Part shown: positions 32,431-43,956 of the stretch, one piece after another
Numbering within the stretch: the first letter of the stretch is position 1
Layout: each line of letters opens with the position of its first letter
Assembly: GCA_004431415.1 (NCBI GenBank)
Contig: QPMI01000130.1
Location: forward strand, 1-64,000
Origin: Cyanophora paradoxa CCMP329
Taxonomy: Eukaryota > Plantae > Glaucophyta
Direction of reading: 5' to 3'
Length of the DNA: 64,000 bases
Translations under genes and position numbers: made by a program
Notes under the pieces: generated by a model
The model's database searches: none
Told to the model about the DNA's origin: nothing
The model's input: the letters and a program-made list of their open reading frames with translations, nothing else

Positions 32431-35029
32431 ATGATGTGCCTAGATAGCGCGCTATACAGCTGCAGCTGTAGGCCATCGGCTCCAGTGAGCAACTACCGCA
32501 GTATCACGAGCGCGCGCGGCTAGGCTAGGACGAAAGCACTTCTCCGAAGCTTTTGCATGTCTTCTGACGGGCTAGCTTGCGCGGAGCGACACGTTGTAGG
32601 GCGATCGTACTCGCGCCACTGCTGCCGGTGCGCGAGGGCACAGACAACGTTGAAACTGCTTCCAGAACATAGCTGTCGCTACGCCTCGCCTCCTACGTCT
32701 CCGCTTCTATGTCCGACGGCGCCTGCTATCTGGAGCTGATTTCGGCGGGGGATAGCTCATTTCGGCATTCGCCGAAATCGTACCCGAAATGATTCTCGCT
32801 GTGTGTGCCTCCGACCTCGGCGATGCGCAGCTGCTCTCCCTCGCCGAACTGCGCCTTCAGGACGCCGCCCGACGGGACCCTGGTGCGGCTAAAGTTGATA
32901 CGCTTCTCGCCAAGGCGTGCTAGCCACGCTTCGAGGTCTTCCTCTGGCCCGATGAAGGGCATGCTGCGGCGGCAACGGCTAGCTAGCGTATCCCCAACGG
33001 TGCTCTCCCCCGGTCATGCAAACCCAGTTCCTGGGATTTGAACCCTTGCTGTTAGGGTGGAAAACGTCTAATTTCCAGTTTCCCCACCATACGTTTTTTC
33101 CCCGGGCGCCGGACTGTTACGAGCCCGCCGCGGGTGCCGCCGGTGCCGCCATGTTCAAAAATTTGCCGCCGAGTTTGAATTGACGTATACCGGGGGGGGG
33201 GGGGGGGGGGTTGCACACGTTAGTCCCTGATACCCGGGCCCCATATATATATATACTGCCGCAGAAGTGTGCGCACGTACGCGTGAAAAGTAGAACCTCG
33301 GGTTGTTTCCCTCGCTCCGCTCGGGTCGACCTGAGGCTGATCATGACGTCGACCGTGGCCGTACCCTTGAAATGTCCCGACCTCCCAAATGTCCCGCATG
33401 CGCAGGTCTACCATCACTAGTACTACGCCCACTGACGACCTCACTCTCAACCTATCACCTACGGCCGCTCGCCGGGCCCTCGCGCCCGCCGCCGACCCGC
33501 CGTCGCCTGCGCGACCTGCGCCTCCGATCCACACCTCTCTCGCTACCGCCGACACGCTCGCCTCCCGCCGCCACCGCTGCTCTTGCCCCCCCTGCCCTCT
33601 CTCGCCCGTTGCCCCAGTCGCCCTTCCCCACGGCCCCACCCCCCACCCCCTCCGCCCTCACCGTTCTGCTGATCTCCCGCTACCCCAGGGAGGGGACGGT
33701 GGTGCGAGCTGCCAGGTGGAAGGTCGTCGGTCGGCCGCTGAACCCACCGGCGCCTGCCCCGGCCACGCGCCAGGCCGGGACGGTCGGACCGCCGCGGAGG
33801 GGGCTCGTCATTGCCCGCGGCGGGGGGGAGGCGGTCGGCGGGCGGCTGGAAGCCCGGCGGAACGCGCCACTGGAGCCTCCCTCCTCCCGACCGCGGCTGC
33901 CCGACCCGGTCCTCCCCTGTCCTGTCCCACCGCCCAACGTCGCCCCATGCCGTGCCCTCCTCCCTGCCCCCGTCCCCCTTACCCCCGACCAACCTTCCCG
34001 GATGCCCTGAGCCCGGCGGCTCCACCAGGCTTGCTCTCGGACGAGCGAGCCCCCGACCCGACCCGCCGTGCCGACGACACGGCGGGCCGTACTCTAGCGT
34101 GTACAGAGAGGTTTAGATTATAGTGCGCCTTCTCGGAGGCCCTAGCTTACTAGGCATAGCGCTAGCTACAGCTGCAGCTCACTTCGCTGCCCACCTCTGG
34201 TTTCTATTCTCGTCCCTGGGTAGTCACTCCCTTTCCCGCGTAGGATCTTTCCTGTGCTGCAGCTCTAGACTTAGTCCCCGGGGTAGCATCGCCAGTTACT
34301 TCGAATTCCACATCCGAGCTCCACCCGGTCCGATGTCCGAAAGGCTTAGTCCCGTAGGCTCATCTCTCGACTTGACACAGATGGACACCTCAGTTACATC
34401 TCTAGCCATTTGTCTCGGTGTGTGCGAATTCATTTATTCGCGCAGGTCTACAGGCCTGCGAGTTTGGTGCCAACTTGGCAATCCGATGATCGTGTTGCAG
34501 TACCCGTGCTTCGAGCCGGCAAGCTAGTCGACAGGCTCTCGGCTAGCCCTGCGCATGCATGCTGGGCGACGTCGACAGGCTCCGACAGCGCAGCATGGCG
34601 CCGGCCCGCGGCCATATACGCATGGCCTGGGCCCCCCGAGCTGCCTTGCGACTGCTCGCATCCTTGCTACTGCATACTTGCTGCTGCTTGAAGCACATCA
34701 CTCGGCTGCTCCGGTGCGACTGCTCGCTGTTGCTGCTCCGGTGCCGCCGACGGTAATGACTGTCCCGCGCCCGCTCGAGCTCGGCGATTGCAATCCCAGT
34801 CAAACATGCCACCGTGGCATGCGCACACTCTTCAAGCTTGCGAGACAAGGTGCGCTCGCGCGCCGCCCGACAATCCGGTCCCGCGCCGGCCGCGGCCGCG
34901 GCCGCTGACTTGGCCGCTCGGGTGCAGATCTCGCCATGTCGTCGAACAGCTCCTTTTGCGCTTCTTCTTCTTCTTCTTCTCAGCCGCATAGTGCACAACT
35001 AGATTCGATGTGTGCCGCACTCCGCAGCA

Positions 35030-35620
35030 GACGGCGAGTCGCGGCGCGGCTCGACGGGCGGGGCGGAGGCGCAGCGGGTGCACGTGGCGGCGCGGCGCGC
35101 CGGGTGGGGCAGAGGCGCAGCGGGTGGCGGCGTGGCGCGCCGGCGGGGTGGAGGCGCGGCGGACGGCGGCGCGGCTCGCCGGGCGGCCGGGGAGCTCGGC
35201 GGGCGGCGGCGCAGCTCGCCGCACGGGGCAGCGGCGCGGCGGGCGGCAGCGCGGCTCGTCGGCGGGCAGACGCGCGGTGAGTGGCGGCGCGGCTTGCCGG
35301 GCCGCCCGGGCGGGGCGGAGGCGCGGCGGGCGGCGGCGCGGCTCGCCAGGCGGGGCGGAGGCGCGGCGGGCGGGGCGCGGCGCGCGGGGCGGGCGCAGGC
35401 GCGGCGGGCGGCGGCGCGGCGCGCCCCGGCGGGGCGGAGGCGCGGCGGGCGGGGCGGAGGCGCGGCGGGCGGCGGCGCGGCTCGCCGGGCGGGGCGCAGG
35501 CGCGGTGGGCGGCGGCGTGGCTCGCCGGGCGGGCGGAGGCGCGGCGGGCGGCGGCGTGGCGCCTGGGGCGTGGCGGGGGCGCGGCGGGCGGCGGCGCGGC
35601 TCGCCAGGCGGAGCGGATTC
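35030..35620 (+). repeat. Degenerate G-rich low-complexity repeat (GGCGCGGCGGGCGGCGGCGCGGCTCGCC-like units)
   Basis: Directly visible; produces spurious ORFs in all frames. Confidence 0.8.
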
Positions 35621-36222
35621 GGGAGGCACGTCAACGCCTAGCAAGCAATAGCTGCAGCGTGCAGATGCTGTCGTTGTTGTACATCCCGAGACGCCGTGAC
35701 GACCAAGGGGCGGGGGCGAGTCTTAGTAACCTAACTGATTGACCTGCAAGCCTTCTTCCGGCCCCAAGAGCTCAGCTCCTCGATATCAGTATCAGCGGCT
35801 GCAGGCTCTACAGAGTGTAGATCTCTTTCTTCCCCTCGTTAGAGGTCCTTCCCCTCCAACAGGGGCAGTGCAGCTGCAGTGTCCCTGTTCCGTTCATTCA
35901 CCAGGGGCCCGGGGCGGGCACGTGCACGCTGTGACGTGGCAGGGCATGCCTGGGCGGGACCACTGCGATAGTTTGCTAAGCTGCAAGTTGAAACCTGAAA
36001 CAGTTTTGAAACAGCGAGCTCGAGGCCATGAGGTAGGGCTACCGCTCTTCGGCGTACGCGAAAAAAAATCAGTGTAGGGGCGTCACACGGTCAGCCAGAC
36101 AGGACGGCGCATGCGCATGGCTCCTGCAGCTGGCCATGGCCGGGTAGGGCGAGGGGGGCCCCCAAGGTAGCCTCCGGCCCACCCCGAGGCGCACGGCCGC
36201 CCCACGGGGCTTGTACGATTCG

Positions 36223-36571
36223 CCCCGCGGCCGGGGATCACAAGAGGAAAAGGATGGGGCGATGGGGAGAGAAGTGAAGGGGCGCTGGCGGGGTGGGCTG
36301 GGCGCGCGGCTGGGCTGGCGGTGCCGTGGGGGGGCGACGGGCGGAGGTCGGGGCGCGCGTTGAGCAGGCCGCACAGCACGCCCTCCTGCGCGACCCGCCA
36401 GCGGTCGGGGCCGGCGGAGAGCGGGCGCAGGAGGGGGAGGCCGCACGTCGCCCGGGTCGCACGAGGTGCAGCGCTTGCGGTTCAGCGCTGGAAAATGGCT
36501 GCTGGGAAGTGCCTGCGCTGCTGGCCTCTGCGACTGCTTGGAGCGGGAAGGAGAGGCGGGTCTGTTTGCTG
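36223..36571 (-). repeat. Inverted partial duplicate of the histidine kinase 5' region (16931-17294), introns included
   Basis: Near-identical reverse complement. Lacks ~21 bp covering the exon-2 end and splice donor (GCCTACTTCAAGGTCCGTTC). Confidence 0.92.
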
Positions 36572-36947
36572 CATTCTCGCGGCGCGCAGGTACTCCTCCG
36601 TACGCGTGTGCGCCAGCAGGAGCTCCTCATCGCTGGCGCGGCGGTGGCACTCAACGAACCCCCGCCCGCGGTGCAGGTCGGCTCGCGCCCGCAGCAGCGC
36701 CACCACTTCGCGCAGATTCTGGCACGAGGTGGCTAAGTCGGTAAAGCGCACGTTGTACCGCTCGCTCAACCACCGGCATGCTAGCTAGCGCTGCAGAGCT
36801 GAGCGCGGGGGCATCGCCCGGGCTGCAGCTGAAGGCTGCGACGTCGGCTGTCTCTCTCTTCGAGTCCACTTCGACCAGCCCATTGGCGGCCCGCCTGGCG
36901 CGCTTCGCGGGCGGCGGCGCGGCGCGTTCGGGGTCCTCGGCCGCCAT
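36572..36947 (-). pseudogene. 5' fragment of a histone deacetylase-family-like gene, truncated by the kinase-derived duplicate
   Basis: MAAEDPERAAPPPAKRARR (NLS-like) then LREVVALLRAR..RRASDEELLLAHTRTEEYL, resembling the HDAC 'R.AT.EEL..VH..EY' motif. Confidence 0.45.
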
Positions 36948-37210
36948 CCGACGTGGCGCTCGTATGTGCTGTCCGCAAATCAACTACGTAAGACTTGCAG
37001 ATCGTGCACACTGCGAGCGGCGCGCCAAGAGCTTCGGCGCACCTGGTCAACAAGCCTGCTCGCGCGGCTCCACGGACTAGGCCTGGGGGTTTATGGCCGA
37101 AAGATAGCAGCTGCAGAGGCGCTGTTCGACTTGCGTGCTTGCCAAAGAAGTTGACAATAGCCGGGCTCTGATGGCCCGGGGGTTGCGAACGAAGTGACGG
37201 GCGAATGCCT

Positions 37211-39257
37211 CATGAAGGTGCCTCGAGTTCAGGCTCAAGCCTTTCCTAGCGGTGCGCGCGAGCTCACGGCGTGCTCTCGCAGCGCGCAGCCCACTTGGCG
37301 GAAGAGTTCTGGTGCACAACGCTTACGGTCGTGGCCTCGTACGCCTCACGCGCGGCCGTACGTGGCCTCTATCTCGCACGCAGGTCTCGGATTTCGCAGG
37401 GGACTGCACTCTACGCGTCGAAAGCAGCGATGAGCGGCGCGGAGCCCATATGGATGTTCGGGAGCTGCTACACACCGGAAGGCCCGCTGTCCACTGCGCG
37501 AGAGACCACTTCCTGCTGAAGCGCGCGCAGGCCCGCGCCGGGAGGTGGAGGATGACTCGGCGGGGGAGGAAGCGCAGCGGACGCCCCCACGCGGAGAAGC
37601 GGGGCGGGTCAATGCCACGGACGAGGAGCGCGCATATGAAGCGTTCCTGCGCGACTTCAGCATCCTCCCGTGGATGACGTATAGAAAGGTGCGGCGGCGG
37701 AGCTTGCGCGCGCCGCCGCGCGGCCCTCGTCTGACGGCGGCGGCATTCGGCGGGGGGCAGGGGTTCACAGGGATCGGCGGGGGGTCGCTAACGTCAGACG
37801 TGGGGTGGGGCTGCATGCTGCGCTCGGCCCAGATGATGCTCGCCACCGCACTCCTCCGCCTCCGCCTCGGCCGCGGTCCGCCCCCGCCGGTCCCCGCCCG
37901 CCCCGGCCGCCGAGCGCGGCGCCAGACTTCGACGTCGACGCCGACCCAGCGGCCTGCGCGCGCTTCGCCGAGGTGTGCCGCTGCGCCCGCGCGCGGCGCG
38001 GCGCGGTGCCGACGGGGCGCGGGGGGCAGGTGGTGCGGGAGTTCGCGGACTGCGACTGCGAGCGGGCGCCGCTCTCGCTGCACGCGATGGTCGCCACGGG
38101 CGCCGCCGGCGGCCTCAAGCGCGCCGGCGAGTGGTACGGGCCGTCCAGCGCCTGCCTGGTCCTCCGGTGCGCGCCGCGCCGCGGGGCGGGGCGGGGGCCG
38201 GAGTGCGGGGCGGGGCGCGGCGGGTGCCGAGGTGGACGTGCGGGCAGGGAGCTGGTGGAGCGGGCGCGCCCCGGCGGCCTCCGCGTCCTCCTCTCCGACG
38301 ACGGCTGCATCTACCGCGACCAGGCGCCCCGCCCCGCCCCCCGCGCCCCCGCCCCGCCGCCCCGCGACGCCCCTCGCAGCTCCTCCCCTCCGCCGCCGCC
38401 TCTTCCTCCTCGGGGCCGGCCGCCTTCGACCCCGTCCTCATCCTCGTCCCCGCCCGCCTCGGTGCCGCCCCCGCCGCGGCGCCGCCGCCGGGCCGGCTGA
38501 CTCGGGGCAGGGCTCGAGGGCCTGAACCCCGTCTACGTGCCGGCGCTGCAGGCCCTCTACCGGCGCGCCTTGGGAGGCCCCTCGGCGCGCCCCTCGCCTG
38601 ACGCCGCCGCGCAGCGTGCCCGAGTTCGTGGGGGTGCTTGGCGGCCGGCCCCGCTCCTCCCTCTACTTCGTCGCCTGCCAGGGTGCGGCCGGCCGCGGGG
38701 CGGCGGGGGCGGGCGGGGCAGGCCCTCAGGCGGGGGCGGCAGGGGGGAGGCGCTGTACCTCGACCCCCACACCACCCGCCCCGCCGTCCCCTGCCCCCAC
38801 ACCCCGCACCCGCCCCGCGCCCCGCCTTCCCCACGAGGCCCGCCCCGCCCGCCCCCGCCCCCCGCCGCCCCCGACGCCCCCGCAGAGCTACCGCTGCCGC
38901 ACGCCGCGCCGCATGCCGCTCGCCGAGGCGCGCCGCCGTTCCCCGGGCGGGCCGCGCGGGGCGGGGCCGGGGCGACGGGGCGGGGGCGCAGCTGGACCCG
39001 TCGCTGGCGCTCGGCTTCCTCTGCTGCTCGCCCCGCGAGTTCGACGCCCTCTGCGCCCGCCTCCGCCAGGCCCGCCCCCTGCCTCCGCCCCGCCCCGCCC
39101 CACCGGGCCGGCGCGAGGCGGGGCGCAGCTGGCGGGGGCGCACGGGTGGTGAGCGTGGCAGAGGCGACGCCGGGGTACAAGCGGGGGCGGGCGCCGGGCG
39201 GGCGCCGGGGACTTCTGGGACGAGCGCGCCCTCGCCGAGGACGGCGACGACTTCTAG
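37211..39257 (+). CDS. ATG4: Autophagy cysteine protease ATG4 (peptidase C54), multi-exon; start approximate
   Basis: PIWMFGSCY, WMTYRKGF, SDVGWGCMLRSAQMMLA, GEWYGPS, LVPARLG..LNPVY, GGRPRSSLYF, YLDPH, LDPSLALGF; acidic DDF C-terminus. Confidence 0.93.
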
Positions 39258-39285
39258 GCCCGCCCCCGGGGCCCCCTCCACGCCC

Positions 39286-39325
<40 letters not shown>

Positions 39326-39408
39326 CCCGGCCCCCGCAGCCGCCGCCTCGCACACCCGCGTGCACTTTGTGCGTGTGCGTCGCGCGGCCGGCCGCGTCTG
39401 TACAGTCA

Positions 39409-41140
39409 TCATCGAGGTCGAGGGGCGTGGGCGGGGCCCGTCAAGGGCGGGGGCGGGGGCGGGGCGGGGCGGGGCCGGCGAGGAAGTCGCGCTGGTACTC
39501 GCCAACGCCCGTCGCGTCGCAGATCGCGTCGTGCAGCCGCCTGCGCCCCCGCCCCCTCGCCCCCGCCCTCGCCGGCCCCGCGGGGCGGCGAGGGAACGCG
39601 CCCGAGGCCGAGGGAGACGCGCAGGAAGGTGCCCAGCGGCGCGATCGCCACCGCCGCGGGGAGGCACAGCGTGGTGCCGCCCTGTGGGGCGTGAGGGGTG
39701 CGGGGCGGGGCCGCGGCGGGGCGGGGGCGGGGCGGACGGCGGGAAGAGAGCGGGCGACGGCGCGGGCGATGTCGGGCGCCTCGGAGACGGGCAGCGCGAA
39801 GAAGCGCTGCCTGATCCCCTGCCCCCGCGTCGGCCCCCGAGGCGCGCCCCGCCCCGCCACGCACGCGCACCGGGAAGAGGGCTGTGCGCACGAAGAAGGG
39901 ACAGACGGTGGTGCACTCGACGCCTGCGGGCCGCTCGCACGCGGGGCGGGGCGGGGCGGGGCGGCGGGTGCGGGCCGTGGGCGCCGGCGGCGCGGAGCTC
40001 GAGGCGGAGGGCCTCCATGAGGCCCACCGCCGCGAACTTGGACGCGCAGTAGTCCACCATCCCTGCCCCCAGGCCCCCGTCAGCCGTCAGCCCTTCAGAT
40101 CGGCCCCCAGCGCGAGAATCCCCCATGCCCCCCCCGCTGCCCCGCTCGCCCCCGGCCCCGGGGCGGCACCAGGGACCCCGATGAGGCCAGCTGCGGAGGC
40201 GATGGAGACGATGTGGCCTGACGCTCGGCGGAGCATCTCCGGCAGGCAGCACTTGACTGTCCAGAAGTGCGCCGTCGCATTCACGGCCATCGTCCTGCGC
40301 CCCGCCCCTCGCGCCCCGCGGCGCCGGCCGGTGGGCAACCGCGGCGCACCGCTCGATCGACTCGTCGGGCGTGTCGAGAAGGGACGCGTGGCTCGCCACC
40401 CTGTGCCGGCGCGCCGCGGCCAGCTCGCATCAGCCACTGCGGATCGGCAAGGTCTGGGGGGGGGGGCGCGCGCGCGCGTATGCGCAAGCGCACCCCGCGT
40501 TGTTCACCAGGATCGTAACGCCCTCGCCGTGGAAGCCCTGCCGCATGCGCATTCGAAGCAGCTCGCTGCAACAGCTGCTGAGCGGCGCACGAAGCAAGCG
40601 ACAAATCACCTGCACGATTTTCTCGTGTGCCCGCCGCACCTGCGCGCATGCCCCGGACCCGCTCAACCCGGCCCGCCGACGCGCGCGTACGGCAGCTGTG
40701 CGGACGCGGCGCACGGCGGCGCGGTTTGTGACGTCGCAAACGTACGCGTTGATGAGCGCCTTGGGATACTTCGCTCGCATCTGGGACCCGCCGCGCGCTG
40801 TCAAGCGATGTAGACGTCGCGAGCCGCTACGTACGCATCACAAGTGCACCTCAGTCACGCTGTCTGTCAGCTCGGGCTCAGAGATGTCGGTTATCGCGAC
40901 GGATGCACCACGCGACGCCATCTGCCGCAGCGCAAGGTCAGCGCCCCTCGAGCTCACCTCCTCAGCGATCGCTCGGCCGATGCCGCGCGCTGCACCCGTG
41001 ACCCATACGCGCTGACCTTGATAGTAGTTGCGCTGCTTTTCGCGTTGCGCGGCCCTGTACCTCGCCAGGCCGGCGACAGCGAGCGTTGCGGCGGCGCCGG
41101 CGCCTGCCAATGTCCATGGAGAGCGCAGGATCCCGTCCAT
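39409..41140 (-). CDS. Short-chain dehydrogenase/reductase (SDR16C / retinol dehydrogenase-like), multi-exon
   Basis: N-terminal TM, VTGAARGIG, CDVT, ILVNNAG, GHIVSIASAAG and YCASKFA. Confidence 0.9.
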
Positions 41141-41498
41141 GGCGAGCGCAGGTCTAGGGTCTCACTCGCTATCCAGTGCGAAGCGGGAGCCGTCCGCCGA
41201 GTTTCCGGGGTTACGAGCCCGTACCCCCACAACGCGTCAGAGTCGGTCAGATCTAGACGCCGTCAGTCTCACCGGTCTCGCCGCCCTCGAAACTCGAAAG
41301 CGAGCCAAACGTGAAGCTCGCCAGCAGCGAGCTTACGTAATCGCGTGCTCCAGGCGGAACTAGCGATCGAAAGCGAGCGAGGAGCGCTTGCGCCTGACCT
41401 TGTTGTCTACACCGGTACGAGCGCGCTGCAGCGAGCGGGACCCTGCGCATGCGCGCGGTAGCAACCATGCAGACCCTAGGCCTGGCCCCCGCGTGAAG

Positions 41499-42594
41499 AT
41501 GTCCGAGGAGGAGCTGGCGCCGGCGGACAATCGCGAGTACGCTCGCAAGGAATATTGGGAAGGCGCGTCGTGATCGCCGTGAACGCGAGCCGCATGCGCA
41601 GCGCGGTGACTGCTAACGCTGATCCGAGCCGCATATATACGCAGCGCGGTACCAGAAGCAGATGATCGGAGAGGACGCGGGCGCGCAGCTCTATGAGTGG
41701 TTCGGGAGTCTCAAGTTTGATGACTTCAGGGAGATAGTCGAAAAGCACCTCCGCCCGTACGGCGCTGCCGCTCGCATCCTCCACCTGGGGTAAGCTTGAG
41801 CGGCGGCGCCGCCCCCCGCCGTGCGGCGGCGGGGCGCACCTGCGTTCGATCGCGGCGGCGGGTTTGCGAAGGTGCGGGAATAGCGCGCTTGGAGACCAGC
41901 TCTACGAGGCCGGCTACAAGAGCGTCGTGAACCTGGACTTCAGCGAGGCGCCCTCGGGCCTCTTCCGTGAACTCGCCTGCTCGGCCCGGCCCTCACGCAC
42001 CGGGGCCCGCAGGTGTGCATCGAGCGCATGGCGCGGCTCTACGCGCACCGCCCCGAGATGACCTGGGGTGCGCATGCACGATCGCGCTCGCCCCCCTGCC
42101 TTTACATCGCCGTCAGCCCGAGCGCCGCGCGCAAACGCAGTGGTAGGCGATGTGCTCGACCTGCGGGGCTTCGCGGACGGCTCCTTTGACTTCGCCATCG
42201 AGAAGGGTGCGCCCCGCCCCGCCCCGCGCGGCGGCCCCGCCGCCTCGGCCCTAGCTTCGCGCGGTCGCTCGAGCCCCCGGGCGCCGCAGGGACTATGGAC
42301 GCGCTGATCACGGAGGAGGGCGAGAAGTGGAGTCCCTCGGAGCACGTCGCGGCGACGGCGCAGCGGATGGCGTCCGAGGCAGCCCGCGTCCTGCGTCCCG
42401 GCGGCGCCTACATGATGATCACCTTCTCCCAGGCCCGCCGCCGCGCCCTGGCGCTGCCCAGTAGCCTCGAGCTCCCCTGACACCTCCCGCAGCCCCACTT
42501 TCGAAAGCGCTTTCTGGAGCCGTCCTTCGCGAAGGTCGAGACGGTCAAGCTCGGCAGCGGCTTCCACTACTACATCTACATCTGCACGAAGTAG
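41499..42594 (+). CDS. EEF1AKMT4/METTL13-N-like SAM-dependent lysine methyltransferase, 7 exons
   Basis: YARKEYWEARY, YEWF, ILHLGCGNS, NLDFSEVCI, FDFAIEKGTMDAL, RVLRPGG, ITFSQPHFRK and FHYYIY. Confidence 0.9.
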
Positions 42595-42935
42595 CCCTAG
42601 TAGCTATAGCGAGCTCGAGTGCGCGCGCGCGTGCATGTCATGATCAACAACGTTAGCAGCTACAGCTAATTAAACTATAACAGCCATGTCTGGTGCTGTT
42701 CAAGTGATCTGAATGGTGGTGGAGAAAACGTTTACTGTGCGATCAAATTCAGCCGAGCTCGAGTGTGCATACGTAAATCGTACTACGGTAATTTAAGTGT
42801 ACAGCCTGGCTTCGAGCAACCTTCGTTCGCAGAAGACAAGAAGGAGCGACGTCGACCCGCGACCGAAACGTGGCAAACAGGCAGCAAAGAGAGCTTCAAA
42901 TTGAGCACAGGAATCGGCAGGAGAGAAATAAGCTC

Positions 42936-43711
42936 ATGGCACAGCCGTCAGAGTCGCCGCCGCCCGTGCCAATCCCAGCGGGTCACGTGGAGCTCCGCTT
43001 CTTGATACCGGACTCGAGCAAGACCATCCACCACATCTTGCCAAAAAGCAGCACTGTCCAGGCCGTCAAGGTGCGCGGGCGGTCACTGTCGCCCTCAAGC
43101 GCCCACGCCGCGCCTGCTGAACGTATACACGGGACGCAGACGAAGATTGTTGGCGAGGTATGCCCCGCGCCGCCCCCGCGCGGGCCCGGGGTCGAACCTG
43201 TTTCGCATGCCCGCGCTGATCCCTGCCCACAGTGGCCCGACACGCTCAGCCCCTTGCCCTCGAGGAGTCCCGATGTTTGTGCGTGCATGCGCGATCCTCG
43301 GCGATGCCGCGCGCCCGTCGTCGCGATGCACCGCTCCAAGAGCTAACCCCGGAACAGTGAAGCTGATCCACGCGGGCAAGCTGCTAGACGCTGGTGCGCT
43401 GCCCGATTGCGCGGTTTACTCGCCCTCTTTGACGATGCCTGGCGCAGCGCGCACCCTCGAAGAATGCGGTGTGAAGGAGGTGTGCCCCCCTCTTCGCGCG
43501 CCGCGCTCGCGGCTCACCGAGTATCCTCTTCGCCCCCCCAGGGAGAGCGAGTATCAGTGCGCCCCTCTTCGCCCGCCGCGCTTGCGGCTCACCAGGGCCC
43601 CAGATGCATCTCGTGGTGAAGCCGTCGGCACAAGGAGCGCCTCCGAAAGCTGCTCCCGGGGCGCCGCCGAAAGCCGCAGCCAACTCACGGTGCTCCTGCA
43701 TCGTGTCTTAG
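42936..43711 (+). CDS. Membrane-anchored ubiquitin-fold protein (MUB/UBL3)
   Basis: VELRFL, STVQAVK..WP, VKLIHAGKLL, TLEECG, MHLVV; C-terminal CSCIVS* (CaaX-like). Confidence 0.85.
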
Positions 43712-43956
43712 AAACACGAGGGCCGCCGTCCTTCCCCTTCTCCTTCCAGACCCTTTCCCCGCTGCTTCTTTCGTTTCCTCTCCTTTCTCGGTCCTTTTCC
43801 GCCCAGTTAGCCCCCGCCCCGGCCCTTCGTTCCCGGCCCGCCCCGCCCTTCCCGTCCTGGCACCCGCGTTCCTCCTCTGTTCGCCTCGGCGGCCTCGGCA
43901 GCGCGCCAGGCCGTCCGTGTAACAAAAGCGACCGCGGCGACAAGAGAGAGGGCTTT

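Larger units (their letters stand above)
27951..33117. mobile_element. Non-autonomous DNA transposon with perfect 35-bp TIRs and TA target duplication
   Basis: ACAGTCCGGCGCCCGGGGAAAAAACGTATGGTGGG at 27951-27985 and its reverse complement at 33083-33117. TA at 27949-27950 and 33118-33119. No transposase recognised inside. Confidence 0.85.
27609..33153 (-). pseudogene. ~124-aa ORF interrupted after codon ~11 by the 5.2-kb TIR element
   Basis: Removing 27951-33119 joins MAAPAAPAAGS(Y) in frame to GSVPAGEIERVVIHRKGSPDAPPVYF...*. Confidence 0.6.

Noticed and set aside
30802-32523. Several 390-570 aa ORFs
   Set aside because: They are translations of the 141-bp GC satellite, which is stop-poor in multiple frames.
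33240-33335. CCCTCGCTCCGCTCGGG hairpin-like motif after a TA run as a Helitron 3' end
   Set aside because: No properly placed CTRR terminus or matching 5' end was identified.
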